Positions 18,001 through 25,695 of a stretch of 35,868 nucleotides of DNA are shown here, one piece after another (position 1 is the stretch's first letter; every line of letters starts with the position of its first letter). This stretch comes from a virus. Its lineage: Duplodnaviria > Caudoviricetes. The stretch covers positions 1-35,868 of the IMG/VR virus record IMGVR_UViG_3300044633_001084. One strand, given 5' to 3'. The notes under the pieces were generated by a model. That model had not been told where the DNA came from, did not search any database, and worked only from the letters and a program-made list of their open reading frames with translations. A program made the translations under genes and the position numbers.

Positions 18001-19316
18001 TTAATTTACAATCAATAAATGATGGTACAGGTGCATTTAGGATTTATGATGCAACTGCTGATGTTGAAAGATTAAGAATCACAAGCGGTGGTAACGTACT
18101 TATTAATCGTACAACTGATCAAGCAACTGGCACATCACAAGTAAAACTTGCAGTAAATGGCCCAGTAAATGTTGGTAGTGCTATAAATAACACCTCTTTC
18201 CCAACAAGAGATGACGGAGGGTTAGGTGTTTATGTTGGTAGTGGCTCTAATGCGTTTCAAGTTTGGGATGATAATAACTTTACAAACCCAAGATTTATTG
18301 TACAAAGAGGCGGTAGCGTTGGAATCGGAACGAGTTCGCCATCAAGTAAACTACATATTGAAGGAACTGGTACGGGTGCTTGGCTTACTATTAATAGAAC
18401 TGATAGCGGTACAAATATTGTAGATTTTACTCAAAGTGGAACAAGATTAGGTTATGTAGGATACATCGGTAACGACTTGAATTTAAACAATGCAACCGCT
18501 TCTAATACAATATTTAGTACTTCCAATAGCGAACGTATGCGTATCACTAGCGGTGGTAACGTTGGAATCGGAACGAGTTCTTTTCCATCATATTCAGGTG
18601 CACAACAAATGACAATGAAGGGGAGTGCTACAAATACTAATAGTGTTTTTCAAGTTCAAAGTTATGATGAAGGAACTTCAATTTCAATATATTCAGGTGC
18701 TGCATCAAGTGATGACCCAGCTATAATATATCAAAAGAATTTAAGATTTGGTTCAGCAACAAATACGGCATTAGGTGGATATGCCGAACGAATGAGAATC
18801 ACTTCGGGGGGTAATGTATTAATAGGAGATACTGGTGATTATTTATCAAGTAGATTAAATTTAAAATCAGCAGATTCAACAAGTTCAACAAATATTATAT
18901 CTTGTAGAAATTCATCTGGAACTGATTATTTTAGAGTAAGAAGTGATGGTTATACTTATGCACTTGGTGTTTACAATAATACAACTGGTAGTGGTGCAAA
19001 TGTTTTTGTAGGTGCTGGTGGTGATTTTCTTCGTTCTACATCTTCATTAAAATATAAAAATAGTATTAGAGATTATGATAAAGGTTTAGATATTGTCAAT
19101 CAATTAAGACCAGTTTACTATAAAGGTAATAATGATGGCGATACAATATTTGCTGGTTTAATAGCAGAGGAAGTACATGAATTAGGCTTAACTGAATTTG
19201 TGCAATATGCAGAAGATGGTACTCCAGATGCGTTAGCTTATCAAAATATGATAGCATTAGCATTTAAAGCAATTCAAGAACTTAAAGCAGAAATAGACGA
19301 ATTAAAAAACAAATAG
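15093..19316 (+). CDS. Long tail fibre/receptor-binding protein with a C-terminal intramolecular chaperone (Peptidase S74-like)
   Basis: Repeats 'EGTNLYYT', 'STDWNxFNxK', 'SVFGRxG' and 'ERMRITSGGNVGIGT'. C-terminal 'TSSLKYKNSIRD...GLIAEEV...KAIQELKAEIDELK'. Confidence 0.88.
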   Translation: MEIINVTDEIIEINVTEAVVNVVTQNGAYPLPSNVFSVFGRVGNVVGQAGDYTTSIVAEGTNLYYTDARSRSAISENITGIEYSSASGIFSLTNGYLIPTQAMLDAKVPYTGATGNVTLGEHQLSAGQVAFDQTPTGTAGVGIMRWNDADGTLDLGLKGGNVTLQVGQEMVARVVNKTGADLLEANYQVVRISSAQGQRLAVQLAQANNDANSTDTIGIVTETIQNNQEGFITILGQVKQINTTGSLQGETWADGDVLYLSPTIAGRITNIKPTAPQHMVVVGYVEYAHQNNGKIYAKIANGYELEELHDVAPTPYINNGVLYRDTATNLWKSATIGTLLGYTPVTSARTISTTAPLTGGGDLSADRTFAITQSSASADGYLSSTDWNTFNNKENFLASGTTAQYYRGDKTFQTLNTLAVPENTNLYYTQARFDTAFGNKSTTNLAEGTNLYYTDARARASITGTAPIDVSGGVVSISQAGGASNGYLSSTDWNIFNNKQAALNGTGFVKISGTTISYDNNTYLTTISGIAAGGELSGTYPNPSLVNSAVIGKVLTGLNLTGGGTIADTDSILGAFGKVQNQISALVGGVMYEGTWNASTNTPTIVSSVGSKGDYYIVSTAGSTNINGITSWNIGDWIIFNGSTWDKVDNTDAVSSVNGYTGAVSLVTSDVPESGSLYFTNARAIGSTLTGYTSGSGVVAATDTILQAIQKLNGNVSGLVTGVSSVFGRTGAVIAASGDYTTTQVTEGTNLYYTEGRVSANTDVAANTAARHAAVTIGTANGLSLSTQALSLAAASTSTTGALTSTDWNTFNGKQAALNGTGFVKISGTTISYDNSTYLTTSAASSTYLPLTGGTLTGALSANTGINIGSSGTNDISWNTAGGIKLSRTNVGPEYALSQAWTGTLAYVDIASSSQWNGGVRILPNGGGNVGIGTSTPSQKLEVAGADVKILVNSTDYAALQLKAGTTRTFNLQSINDGTGAFRIYDATADVERLRITSGGNVLINRTTDQATGTSQVKLAVNGPVNVGSAINNTSFPTRDDGGLGVYVGSGSNAFQVWDDNNFTNPRFIVQRGGSVGIGTSSPSSKLHIEGTGTGAWLTINRTDSGTNIVDFTQSGTRLGYVGYIGNDLNLNNATASNTIFSTSNSERMRITSGGNVGIGTSSFPSYSGAQQMTMKGSATNTNSVFQVQSYDEGTSISIYSGAASSDDPAIIYQKNLRFGSATNTALGGYAERMRITSGGNVLIGDTGDYLSSRLNLKSADSTSSTNIISCRNSSGTDYFRVRSDGYTYALGVYNNTTGSGANVFVGAGGDFLRSTSSLKYKNSIRDYDKGLDIVNQLRPVYYKGNNDGDTIFAGLIAEEVHELGLTEFVQYAEDGTPDALAYQNMIALAFKAIQELKAEIDELKNK

Positions 19317-19317
19317 T

Positions 19318-19325
19318 TATATTTG
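19318..19325 (+). promoter_or_regulatory. Bacteroidota -7 promoter element upstream of the lysis region
   Basis: Intergenic TATATTTG matches TAnnTTTG and lies 18 nt before ATG 19344. Confidence 0.6.
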
Positions 19326-19343
19326 CATCAAAAATAAAAAATT

Positions 19344-19490
19344 ATGTTAACATTAAACGAGCAACACATGGCCGACTTAAAGGCCTTTATTAACAAGATC
19401 CCGAGTGAGTTCGGATTGCCTTTATTAACTTTTTTCGGTCAGCTTGAGCAAGAGCAAAAGCCAGCAGAAGAGATTAAAACAGAAGATTAA
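19344..19490 (+). CDS. Small hypothetical protein (48 aa; not in the ORF track)
   Basis: MLTLNEQHMADLKAFINKIPSEFGLPLLTFFGQLEQEQKPAEEIKTED. A-rich leader; abuts the next ATG. Confidence 0.7.
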   Translation: MLTLNEQHMADLKAFINKIPSEFGLPLLTFFGQLEQEQKPAEEIKTED

Positions 19491-19679
19491 ATGACACAAG
19501 ATAGCAGCCAAGCCTTAATCAATACCGGCGTGTCAATGACCGCCGCGACTTTGTCAGTAACACAAGCGCAACCATTTGTGACCTTAGTGGCCGGTTTGGT
19601 TGCTATCATCTCTGGTTTTATGGCTATACGTTATTACTACAATGCCACAAAAAAGATTAACAAAGATGAAATTTCTTAA
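19491..19679 (+). CDS. Small membrane protein, holin/antiholin candidate
   Basis: 62 aa with hydrophobic segments and a basic C-terminus, in the lysis cassette. Confidence 0.55.
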   Translation: MTQDSSQALINTGVSMTAATLSVTQAQPFVTLVAGLVAIISGFMAIRYYYNATKKINKDEIS

Positions 19680-19860
19680 TAGTATTTATGGATCATGGCT
19701 TAAGATGGTCTTGACGGCGATCCTTACCATGATCATAACTAAAGGCAATATCTACGAGGTGACACTTGAAGAGTGCATAAGTGCTGGTGTGATCTCTATT
19801 TTGCCTATTATCATTAACTGGTTAAATCCACACGATCCGCGCTATGGCACCAAAAAGTAA
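19666..19860 (+). CDS. Holin-like protein
   Basis: 64 aa from ATG 19666; two TM segments and C-terminal 'NWLNPHDPRYG'. Confidence 0.6.
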   Translation: MKFLNSIYGSWLKMVLTAILTMIITKGNIYEVTLEECISAGVISILPIIINWLNPHDPRYGTKK

Positions 19861-20344
19861 GCTGCTATTAGTATATTTATTACTAATAGCTATTTTGATT
19901 TTAGCTGCGTGCAATCCGATCCGCAAGGCAGAGCGCTTAGTGCTTAACAACCGCGAGGCGAGTGATCGCGTCTTTAATACTTTGGCCCTAGATCATCCAT
20001 GCGCCAACGATACTATAATATTTACCTTAAGCGACACCACTATTTTACACGATACCCTTGTAGACTACAAGCGCGATACTATTAACAATGTTATTACCTT
20101 AACCGAGCAAGGCAAGACCATTGTTAAAACTATTAAAGTTAAGCACATTAAAACCGCCTATGTGCAAGATATGCGCATGATAGGGATTCTTGCCGATTCC
20201 GTGCGATATTACAAGGTTTTATATCAAGCCGAGCATAAGTACAAGAAGCAAGCCGAAAGGCGCTTATTTTGGCTTATAATCGTAATAGCGGCTATTGTTA
20301 TTTTAAAACGTTATTTATGGTCATTTCTCAACATGTTACGCTAG
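19844..20344 (+). CDS. Lipoprotein with a C-terminal TM helix; unimolecular spanin candidate
   Basis: Signal peptide with lipobox 'LAAC', a beta-rich Thr/Asp middle and C-terminal 'LFWLIIVIAAIVIL'. Confidence 0.65.
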   Translation: MAPKSKLLLVYLLLIAILILAACNPIRKAERLVLNNREASDRVFNTLALDHPCANDTIIFTLSDTTILHDTLVDYKRDTINNVITLTEQGKTIVKTIKVKHIKTAYVQDMRMIGILADSVRYYKVLYQAEHKYKKQAERRLFWLIIVIAAIVILKRYLWSFLNMLR

Positions 20345-20766
20345 GCGAATTAATTAGATCCGAAACTGCTAAACGCCTAGGCATATCCAATATGCCAACA
20401 CCAGAGCATATTGAAAATCTAAAGGCTATCTGTGAGCATATCTTTGAGCCGATCCGTGCAGAGTTTAGAGTGCCAATTTACATATCTAGTGGGTACAGAT
20501 CCAAAGCTTTGAATAAGGCAATTAAGGGCAGCGCTACCTCACAACATTGCAAAGGTGAAGCGCTTGACCTAGATGTTGATGGACATAGTCATGATATTAC
20601 CAATAAACAGATCTTTGATTTTATTGTGGCCAAGCTGCCATTTGATCAAGTGATCAATGAGTTTGACTATGCGTGGATTCATGTAAGCTATAAAAAAAAC
20701 GGCCCTCAAAGAAAACAAATCTTGAGAGCCGTGAGGGGGAAAGATGGGGGTGTTATTTATTTATAG
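20317..20766 (+). CDS. Endolysin, peptidase M15A family
   Basis: 'ISSGYRS...LNKAIKGSATSQHCKGEALD' and 'WIHVS' are Zn-binding motifs. Likely start is ATG 20317. Confidence 0.88.
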   Translation: MVISQHVTLGELIRSETAKRLGISNMPTPEHIENLKAICEHIFEPIRAEFRVPIYISSGYRSKALNKAIKGSATSQHCKGEALDLDVDGHSHDITNKQIFDFIVAKLPFDQVINEFDYAWIHVSYKKNGPQRKQILRAVRGKDGGVIYL

Positions 20767-21082
20767 CATGTAAAATGCTTGTATGATCTCGCTTTAAAAA
20801 TCTTGCAATAGAGGTGCATTTATACCCAGACATGTAAGCAGCTTTAATAAAATCATGCCTAATATCAACAATTTCTTGCTTTCTTGATCTGTCCATAATT
20901 ACATTAATACTTACATTGAAATCAACACAATAATCTTCTGCCCATATTTTAATAGGGATTTTTGATGGCAATTCCCTAAATACGGATTTTTGTATTTTTG
21001 ATTCCAACAATGCCTCAATCCTTTTTAATGCGTGATCATTGCAACCAGTGTATAATTTAATGTAATTAAGAATTTCCTTCAT
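20753..21082 (-). CDS. DnaA C-terminal (domain IV)-like HTH protein
   Basis: 'SRKQEIVDIRH...SIARFLKRDHTSILHA' matches the DnaA-C signature RDHTTVxHA. Confidence 0.8.
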   Translation of the reverse strand: MKEILNYIKLYTGCNDHALKRIEALLESKIQKSVFRELPSKIPIKIWAEDYCVDFNVSINVIMDRSRKQEIVDIRHDFIKAAYMSGYKCTSIARFLKRDHTSILHAINK

Positions 21083-21248
21083 TGTTGATTTTTACCTCGT
21101 TAAACAATCCAAGCAATTCGCTTGCTCCTACCCAGCTTTTAAAAGCGTTAAAGCTATCCTCGTCATTTTGTAAAAGGTGTGTAACCTTGCCTACCAGATC
21201 AATTTTCTCTATGATCGTAAGGTCTTGCCATTGTTGGTGATTTGCCAT
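21066..21248 (-). CDS. Hypothetical protein
   Basis: 60 aa; preceded by the AAAACCAATAAC leader motif. Confidence 0.65.
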   Translation of the reverse strand: MANHQQWQDLTIIEKIDLVGKVTHLLQNDEDSFNAFKSWVGASELLGLFNEVKINNEGNS

Positions 21249-21250
21249 TG

Positions 21251-21394
21251 TTATTGGTTTTGATTATTAATTAATATTTTTTCATCATTCGCCTCGTCAT
21301 CTTCATCCTCCCAGTCGCAATGATCGCAACACTCTGGACAAATATCAATTTCGGGCATACGGCTATAAGCGCCGCAACAAGTAGAATAAGCCAT
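21251..21394 (-). CDS. Small Cys-rich Zn-ribbon-like protein (47 aa; not in the ORF track)
   Basis: MAYSTCCGAYSRMPEIDICPECCDHCDWEDEDDEANDEKILINNQNQ. Confidence 0.7.
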   Translation of the reverse strand: MAYSTCCGAYSRMPEIDICPECCDHCDWEDEDDEANDEKILINNQNQ

Positions 21395-21396
21395 GA

Positions 21397-21513
21397 TTAA
21401 AAGTTTTTGATTTTAGATAATAAAGTTGCAGTTAAAAAAATAGTAATTGCTAGAGGAATTGACACAACTATAAAATATGTCAGTTCGTAAATAAATACTA
21501 AATAATTTCTCAT
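21397..21513 (-). CDS. Small single-TM protein (38 aa; not in the ORF track)
   Basis: MRNYLVFIYELTYFIVVSIPLAITIFLTATLLSKIKNF. ATGA overlap with the upstream ORF. Confidence 0.55.
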   Translation of the reverse strand: MRNYLVFIYELTYFIVVSIPLAITIFLTATLLSKIKNF

Positions 21514-21638
21514 AAGTTTTGCATTATGGCGGTTACTAAAAAAGCTACGCATACAATGATAAATGCATACATTGGCTTGATTGACTCTTGAGCGTAGCGC
21601 TCGTTTGCTTTTTGTTGTGGTGTTTTTAAACGATTCAT
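21510..21638 (-). CDS. Small single-TM protein (42 aa; not in the ORF track)
   Basis: MNRLKTPQQKANERYAQESIKPMYAFIIVCVAFLVTAIMQNL. Preceded by AAAACCAATAAC. Confidence 0.7.
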   Translation of the reverse strand: MNRLKTPQQKANERYAQESIKPMYAFIIVCVAFLVTAIMQNL

Positions 21639-21653
21639 GTTATTGGTTTTGGT

Positions 21654-21860
21654 TTATTTTAATTTTGATAAAAGCCAATTTTTTACAAAATATTGCTTGG
21701 TAATAGTACCATCGCCACATTGAGTATCTTTAATAATCATTTGACTTTTAGGAATCCATACTTTTTTATACATATCACAATAACCAGCATAAGTATTAAA
21801 ACATACTGCATTTTCAGTTTCCGCAACTATTGGTAATTGCACCTCTTCAAATTGTTTCAT
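21654..21860 (-). CDS. Small hypothetical protein (ETxxA...WIPKSQ type)
   Basis: 68 aa; 'AETENAV...WIPKSQ'. Leader motif and promoter upstream. Confidence 0.75.
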   Translation of the reverse strand: MKQFEEVQLPIVAETENAVCFNTYAGYCDMYKKVWIPKSQMIIKDTQCGDGTITKQYFVKNWLLSKLK

Positions 21861-21883
21861 GTTATTGGTTTTGATTATGAAAT

Positions 21884-21914
21884 CAAAGCTAAAACAAACT
21901 AATTAAATAAAAAA
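21884..21914 (-). promoter_or_regulatory. Early promoter: TTTTTTATTTAA-N10-TTAGCTTTG
   Basis: TAGCTTTG matches TAnnTTTG. Same architecture as 26346-26376. Confidence 0.7.
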
Positions 21915-21920
21915 ATATTT

Positions 21921-23147
21921 TTAATATATTTTTTTAAAATGACTCAAAGTAAAGTCTTTTTTGTTCTGCACCATGCCAAAAATGCGCTCTTCAATGCCGC
22001 CACTGGTGAATATCCAGTACACATGTGAGGCAGATTTGCGGTCTTTTGTCTGCATTCTGGCTCTTGATTGCCAATAACTTACGGCGCTAAAGTCAATATT
22101 ATACATGACAAGCGCCTCTGCGCTGCTTAGATTTATGCCTTCACGGCCCGACTGGATCTGGGAAATAAACACTGCATCACCATCCGCCTCATTAAAGGCC
22201 ATTGGATCCTCTATTATACGGCCAGCAAAGGTGTATCTTAACTGCATGCCCTCTGCTATGTACTTGTAAAATATGGCTATTTTCTGGCCTTTAAATCGCT
22301 CTTTAATAAATGTAGCTTTTGTGTCATCAAAGATCACTGCATTGCCATCCTCTGTCTTGACTGATCCGCTACAAATTTGATGGATCTTTTGCATCTCTTT
22401 GACCGCCGTATCTGCAAGCACTACTTGTCCATCTTTAGTCTTGAACAATTTATCTTTTTTAATCTTGTCAACTGCCCACTTAACCTTATCACTCATCTTT
22501 ACATATAAGATCGTCTCTTGGACTAAAGACTCAAAGCCGGCCTCTTCTTGCGTATAAGTCAACATTAAATGCTGAATGTCCGACTGGATGCGCTCTTGCT
22601 TCACTTTACTATAATCTGCCAATTCTCTGTTATAAACATATTTCTTGGCCGGAATGCCATACTCTTTGTGCCATGCGTAAAAGTTTTTAAAGTCTTTAAA
22701 CGGACTAAAGCTACTCACCCAGAATTGATGATAAAACTGCGCATAAGTCTCTGGACTAGGTGTGCCGCTTAAGTACACAACTGGTTTGCCTATGCAGATC
22801 ACACTAAGTGATTTTGTGCGCTCCGATGGTATTGGGTATTGGCCCAGTGCATGCGCCTCATCTATAATAATAAAATCATAATCAATAGATGCTTTATGCA
22901 CACTCTCATAGTTTATAACATCTAAATCAAATATACAATTGGATTGCTTAAAGTCATCCTCTATGCTAGAGATCGCTTTCTTTTTAGTTACAAATAATAC
23001 TTTCTTTGCACCATATAAACTAGCAATGTGCAAGCTGGTGATTGTCTTACCAGTACGCACTTGCATTGCCAAATAGACAAGCTTAAATTCTTTTAAGATG
23101 TCAATTGCTTGCTCGGCAATATCTACTTGATAGTCTCTTAATTGCAT
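21921..23147 (-). CDS. Superfamily 2 (DEAH/SNF2-like) helicase
   Basis: 'LRDYQ', 'RTGKT', 'IIIDEAH', 'LSGTP', 'GREGINLS' and 'QSRAR'. Confidence 0.92.
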   Translation of the reverse strand: MQLRDYQVDIAEQAIDILKEFKLVYLAMQVRTGKTITSLHIASLYGAKKVLFVTKKKAISSIEDDFKQSNCIFDLDVINYESVHKASIDYDFIIIDEAHALGQYPIPSERTKSLSVICIGKPVVYLSGTPSPETYAQFYHQFWVSSFSPFKDFKNFYAWHKEYGIPAKKYVYNRELADYSKVKQERIQSDIQHLMLTYTQEEAGFESLVQETILYVKMSDKVKWAVDKIKKDKLFKTKDGQVVLADTAVKEMQKIHQICSGSVKTEDGNAVIFDDTKATFIKERFKGQKIAIFYKYIAEGMQLRYTFAGRIIEDPMAFNEADGDAVFISQIQSGREGINLSSAEALVMYNIDFSAVSYWQSRARMQTKDRKSASHVYWIFTSGGIEERIFGMVQNKKDFTLSHFKKIY

Positions 23148-23164
23148 ATTAAATGATTCAAAAA

Positions 23165-23218
23165 GTCAAGTTATTGACTTACTTTTTTATAACGTGTGTC
23201 AAGTTGTAGCTTTACTTT
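23165..23218. repeat. Pair of 21-bp imperfect direct repeats, 33 bp apart
   Basis: GTCAAGTTATTGACTTACTTT (23165) and GTCAAGTTGTAGCTTTACTTT (23198); 17 of 21 identical. Confidence 0.7.
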
Positions 23219-23229
23219 ATGTAAAAGAT

Positions 23230-23289
23230 AAGGCCGGCATTCCCTAATTACTATAATAAATTTTATTATTGATTTTTTTTGCCGGCCTT
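23230..23289. other. GC-rich inverted repeat closing an AT-rich internal hairpin
   Basis: AAGGCCGGCA ... TGCCGGCCTT with an inner TAATAAA/TTTATTA pair. Confidence 0.65.
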
Positions 23290-23328
23290 TTGCCTAATCA
23301 TATTTAATTGGTCAAAGGCAATCCAATT

Positions 23329-23601
23329 CTATATTAAGCCGTCTTGAAGCGGCTCGTCCTCTTTTTGATCCACGCGTCTGTAACCTTCTTTCCAGAGGAT
23401 GCGTGTAAGCATCACAGAATTTTTGACAATTGTAGCCTCGGAATTGCGAGGATATAGCAAATGCAATACCTCATGAATTAATATTTCTAAATGCTTTTTG
23501 CCTTTTAAACGCTCGTCAATTTCTATAACACCATCACTACTGGCGAGGCCATGTGCTTGCTCTCTGCCAAGTTTGCGATATATGATTTTGATCTTAAGCA
23601 T
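23329..23601 (-). CDS. Small Zn-metallopeptidase-like protein (HExxH)
   Basis: 'GVIEIDERL...LEILIHEVLHL'. Confidence 0.7.
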   Translation of the reverse strand: MLKIKIIYRKLGREQAHGLASSDGVIEIDERLKGKKHLEILIHEVLHLLYPRNSEATIVKNSVMLTRILWKEGYRRVDQKEDEPLQDGLI

Positions 23602-23791
23602 CTTTCTTTAATTCTATTTCATCAAGACGATCTATTTGATCACTAGGAGTAAAGATAATTTGACCGCCGCGTACCTTAGCAAGATAGCGTCTTATTTCTT
23701 GCTCAATACCATGCACCTCTGCCAGCTTATTAGTAAGCCATGTCTCTTGCTCGGATAGTTTCATTTTATTAAATAACTTTGGTAGTCTCAT
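23594..23791 (-). CDS. Hypothetical protein
   Basis: 65 aa from ATG 23791; overlaps both neighbours in the operon. Confidence 0.6.
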   Translation of the reverse strand: MRLPKLFNKMKLSEQETWLTNKLAEVHGIEQEIRRYLAKVRGGQIIFTPSDQIDRLDEIELKKDA

Positions 23792-24008
23792 ATTCAAATT
23801 GTATTAATAGATCAATATAGTGCTTTGCCTTTTTTAAATCTTCAATGCCATTTTTGTTGCGATGTCTTATCACATACTTGATAATGTTGCCCTCAATAAA
23901 AGGTATATTGTTAGCATGTATAAATTCAGTTGGCTGGATCTTACAATCCTTATAATGCGATCCGCCTACTTGTCCGTCTTTCGGTGAAATTTCCCACATG
24001 TTATGCAT
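23769..24008 (-). CDS. DUF3310 (SaV/T7 gp1.7-like) protein
   Basis: 'QVGGSHYK...IQP...EGNIIKYVIRHRNKNGIEDLKKAKHYID'. Confidence 0.88.
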   Translation of the reverse strand: MHNMWEISPKDGQVGGSHYKDCKIQPTEFIHANNIPFIEGNIIKYVIRHRNKNGIEDLKKAKHYIDLLIQFEYETTKVI

Positions 24009-24697
24009 TTATAAATTATTTTAATTGTGCCGCTAGCTAAAATTTGTCTGCTATGTTTATGCAAATCATCCGATCCACACTCTGGGCATGTGCCTTTATA
24101 CTCGCCAAAGATAACACCATAGTGCGTCTTAGCATCTATGTGATTATTTAAAAGCTTGTGTACTTTCTCAAGCAACACAACATCCATCTTGCAATACCTT
24201 ACCATCTTAGCCAGTGCGACCTTGTCATTTTTTAATGCAATGTCTTTCCACAAATCAAATTCAGTCTTGATCTTTTGCCCGATCCCTAGATACTGCGCAA
24301 TGTAGTTTAGTTTATTTGAATTAAACTTGAACTTTGAGCGTGCCACTTTTAAAGTATCAATCGTTGTGTACTTTGGAAACATATCAATGCCGTGAAATAA
24401 ACATCTAGTGCGCACCCATGCAAGATCAAACTTGTCACCATTGTGTCCAATAATCTCATCTGCCGTGTTAAGCACTTTGATAAAATCATTGAGCATCTTT
24501 TTATCATTCTGCTTGCTATCCCAAGTTAAAGCATGTGTCTCTTTCTCATCTTCCCACTTATAGCAGATGCAAATAATTGCACGCTCTTTGATAATATTTT
24601 GTGGGCCGATATTAAGTTTAAAGCCACTCTGCCAAAAGAAACCGATGTTTGCACTGGTTTCAATGTCAAAGTATAATCGTTTTCTTTTGGTAGTCAT
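23966..24697 (-). CDS. RNase H-like 3'-5' exonuclease (YprB/DnaQ-like) with a C-terminal Zn ribbon
   Basis: 'YFDIET', 'GHNGDKFD', 'YCKMDV' and 'CPECGS...CITCG'. Confidence 0.88.
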   Translation of the reverse strand: MTTKRKRLYFDIETSANIGFFWQSGFKLNIGPQNIIKERAIICICYKWEDEKETHALTWDSKQNDKKMLNDFIKVLNTADEIIGHNGDKFDLAWVRTRCLFHGIDMFPKYTTIDTLKVARSKFKFNSNKLNYIAQYLGIGQKIKTEFDLWKDIALKNDKVALAKMVRYCKMDVVLLEKVHKLLNNHIDAKTHYGVIFGEYKGTCPECGSDDLHKHSRQILASGTIKIIYKCITCGKFHRKTDK

Positions 24698-24710
24698 GGC
24701 GTAAAGTTAA

Positions 24711-25460
24711 TTACTTTTTATGAGAAAGTTGATAACTAAATTCTTTCGGCTTGTCACCTTCATGCTCGGCGTGCCATAATTGCTGGACGGCTTGGAATAG
24801 TGACCACTGCTTTGAGGTGTCAAATTCGCTTACCATCTGCCAGCCTTTGCCTTGGACATCGCCTTTCTTGCCGGCAGTCCTAGTCTTAGCATTTAGCCAT
24901 AAAATAGCAACGCCGTCAATGTCTGGCATGTTAGATCCATGCAATACGCTTGCATCATACAACTGGCGATATGCAGCCAACTGCAACCAGTACGAATTGT
25001 AAATGCCATTACTGGTCTTGATGTCTAGCACATAAGTCTTGCCATCAATAGTGCAGACGCGATCAATAGTGCCGGCAAAGCCTAGGCCACTGCTTATAAA
25101 TGTTTGCTCAATTAGATGATGCTCTGGCTTATGCGTTACGCTAAATTCAACATAACGCTCAAACATTGACCATTCCTCAAGTGAGTATTTAGGCTTGCCA
25201 TATTCGTCAAGCAAAGTACACTCAATGCCTTGATCATAGTCCTCAGTTAATTGATGCACACTTGATCCGCGCTTACCGGCTGCGTCTCTTATTTCATCTG
25301 CTTTGCTGCCAACCTCTTTCATCCACATGATCAGTTGTGCTGGCTTTGGGTATGCCTCAAGCAAAGTGGTAGCACTGGGGAAATAGTTGCCGTTCTCGTC
25401 TGTGTAGAATCGGCCGTCTTTAAATGTTAGCTGGTTGGATGTTTGGTTTTTTATTAGCAT
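24711..25460 (-). CDS. PD-(D/E)xK exonuclease (recombination nuclease)
   Basis: 'FPSATTLL', 'RGSSVH', 'AGTIDRV', 'LDIKTS' and 'QLAAY'. Confidence 0.88.
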   Translation of the reverse strand: MLIKNQTSNQLTFKDGRFYTDENGNYFPSATTLLEAYPKPAQLIMWMKEVGSKADEIRDAAGKRGSSVHQLTEDYDQGIECTLLDEYGKPKYSLEEWSMFERYVEFSVTHKPEHHLIEQTFISSGLGFAGTIDRVCTIDGKTYVLDIKTSNGIYNSYWLQLAAYRQLYDASVLHGSNMPDIDGVAILWLNAKTRTAGKKGDVQGKGWQMVSEFDTSKQWSLFQAVQQLWHAEHEGDKPKEFSYQLSHKK

Positions 25461-25645
25461 ATTATTTCTTTAATGGTGATCTCATCTGTTTTTTCTCTGC
25501 CGCCGTTTGCAGCTATTTGCTGGGCCACCTCTTCGGCTTTCTCTAATGTAGAAAACCCTTGTATGAACTTGCCGTCAATACGAATAAAGTATCGCGTCTC
25601 ATTGTGTAGTAAATTTGTTTCACTGGTAATTTTTATAACTGGCAT
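25454..25645 (-). CDS. Hypothetical protein
   Basis: 63 aa; A-rich leader; coupled to the nuclease gene. Confidence 0.6.
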   Translation of the reverse strand: MPVIKITSETNLLHNETRYFIRIDGKFIQGFSTLEKAEEVAQQIAANGGREKTDEITIKEIIC

Positions 25646-25664
25646 AAAATATTTTTATTGGTTT

Positions 25665-25695
25665 AAAAAGTGCAGCTTTTTGTACGGAAGCTGCA
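25665..25695 (-). terminator. Intrinsic terminator on the minus strand after the SSB-like gene
   Basis: Minus strand reads TGCAGCTT-ccgtacaaa-AAGCTGCA-CTTTTT. Confidence 0.7.

Noticed and set aside
23198-23230. dif/Xer site for chromosomal integration
   Set aside because: TTATGTAAA resembles part of a XerD arm, but the 11-6-11 layout with a XerC arm is not present.
24711-25460. Cas4 call for the PD-(D/E)xK nuclease
   Set aside because: It lacks the C-terminal Cys cluster for an Fe-S centre and has no CRISPR context; a recombination exonuclease fits better.
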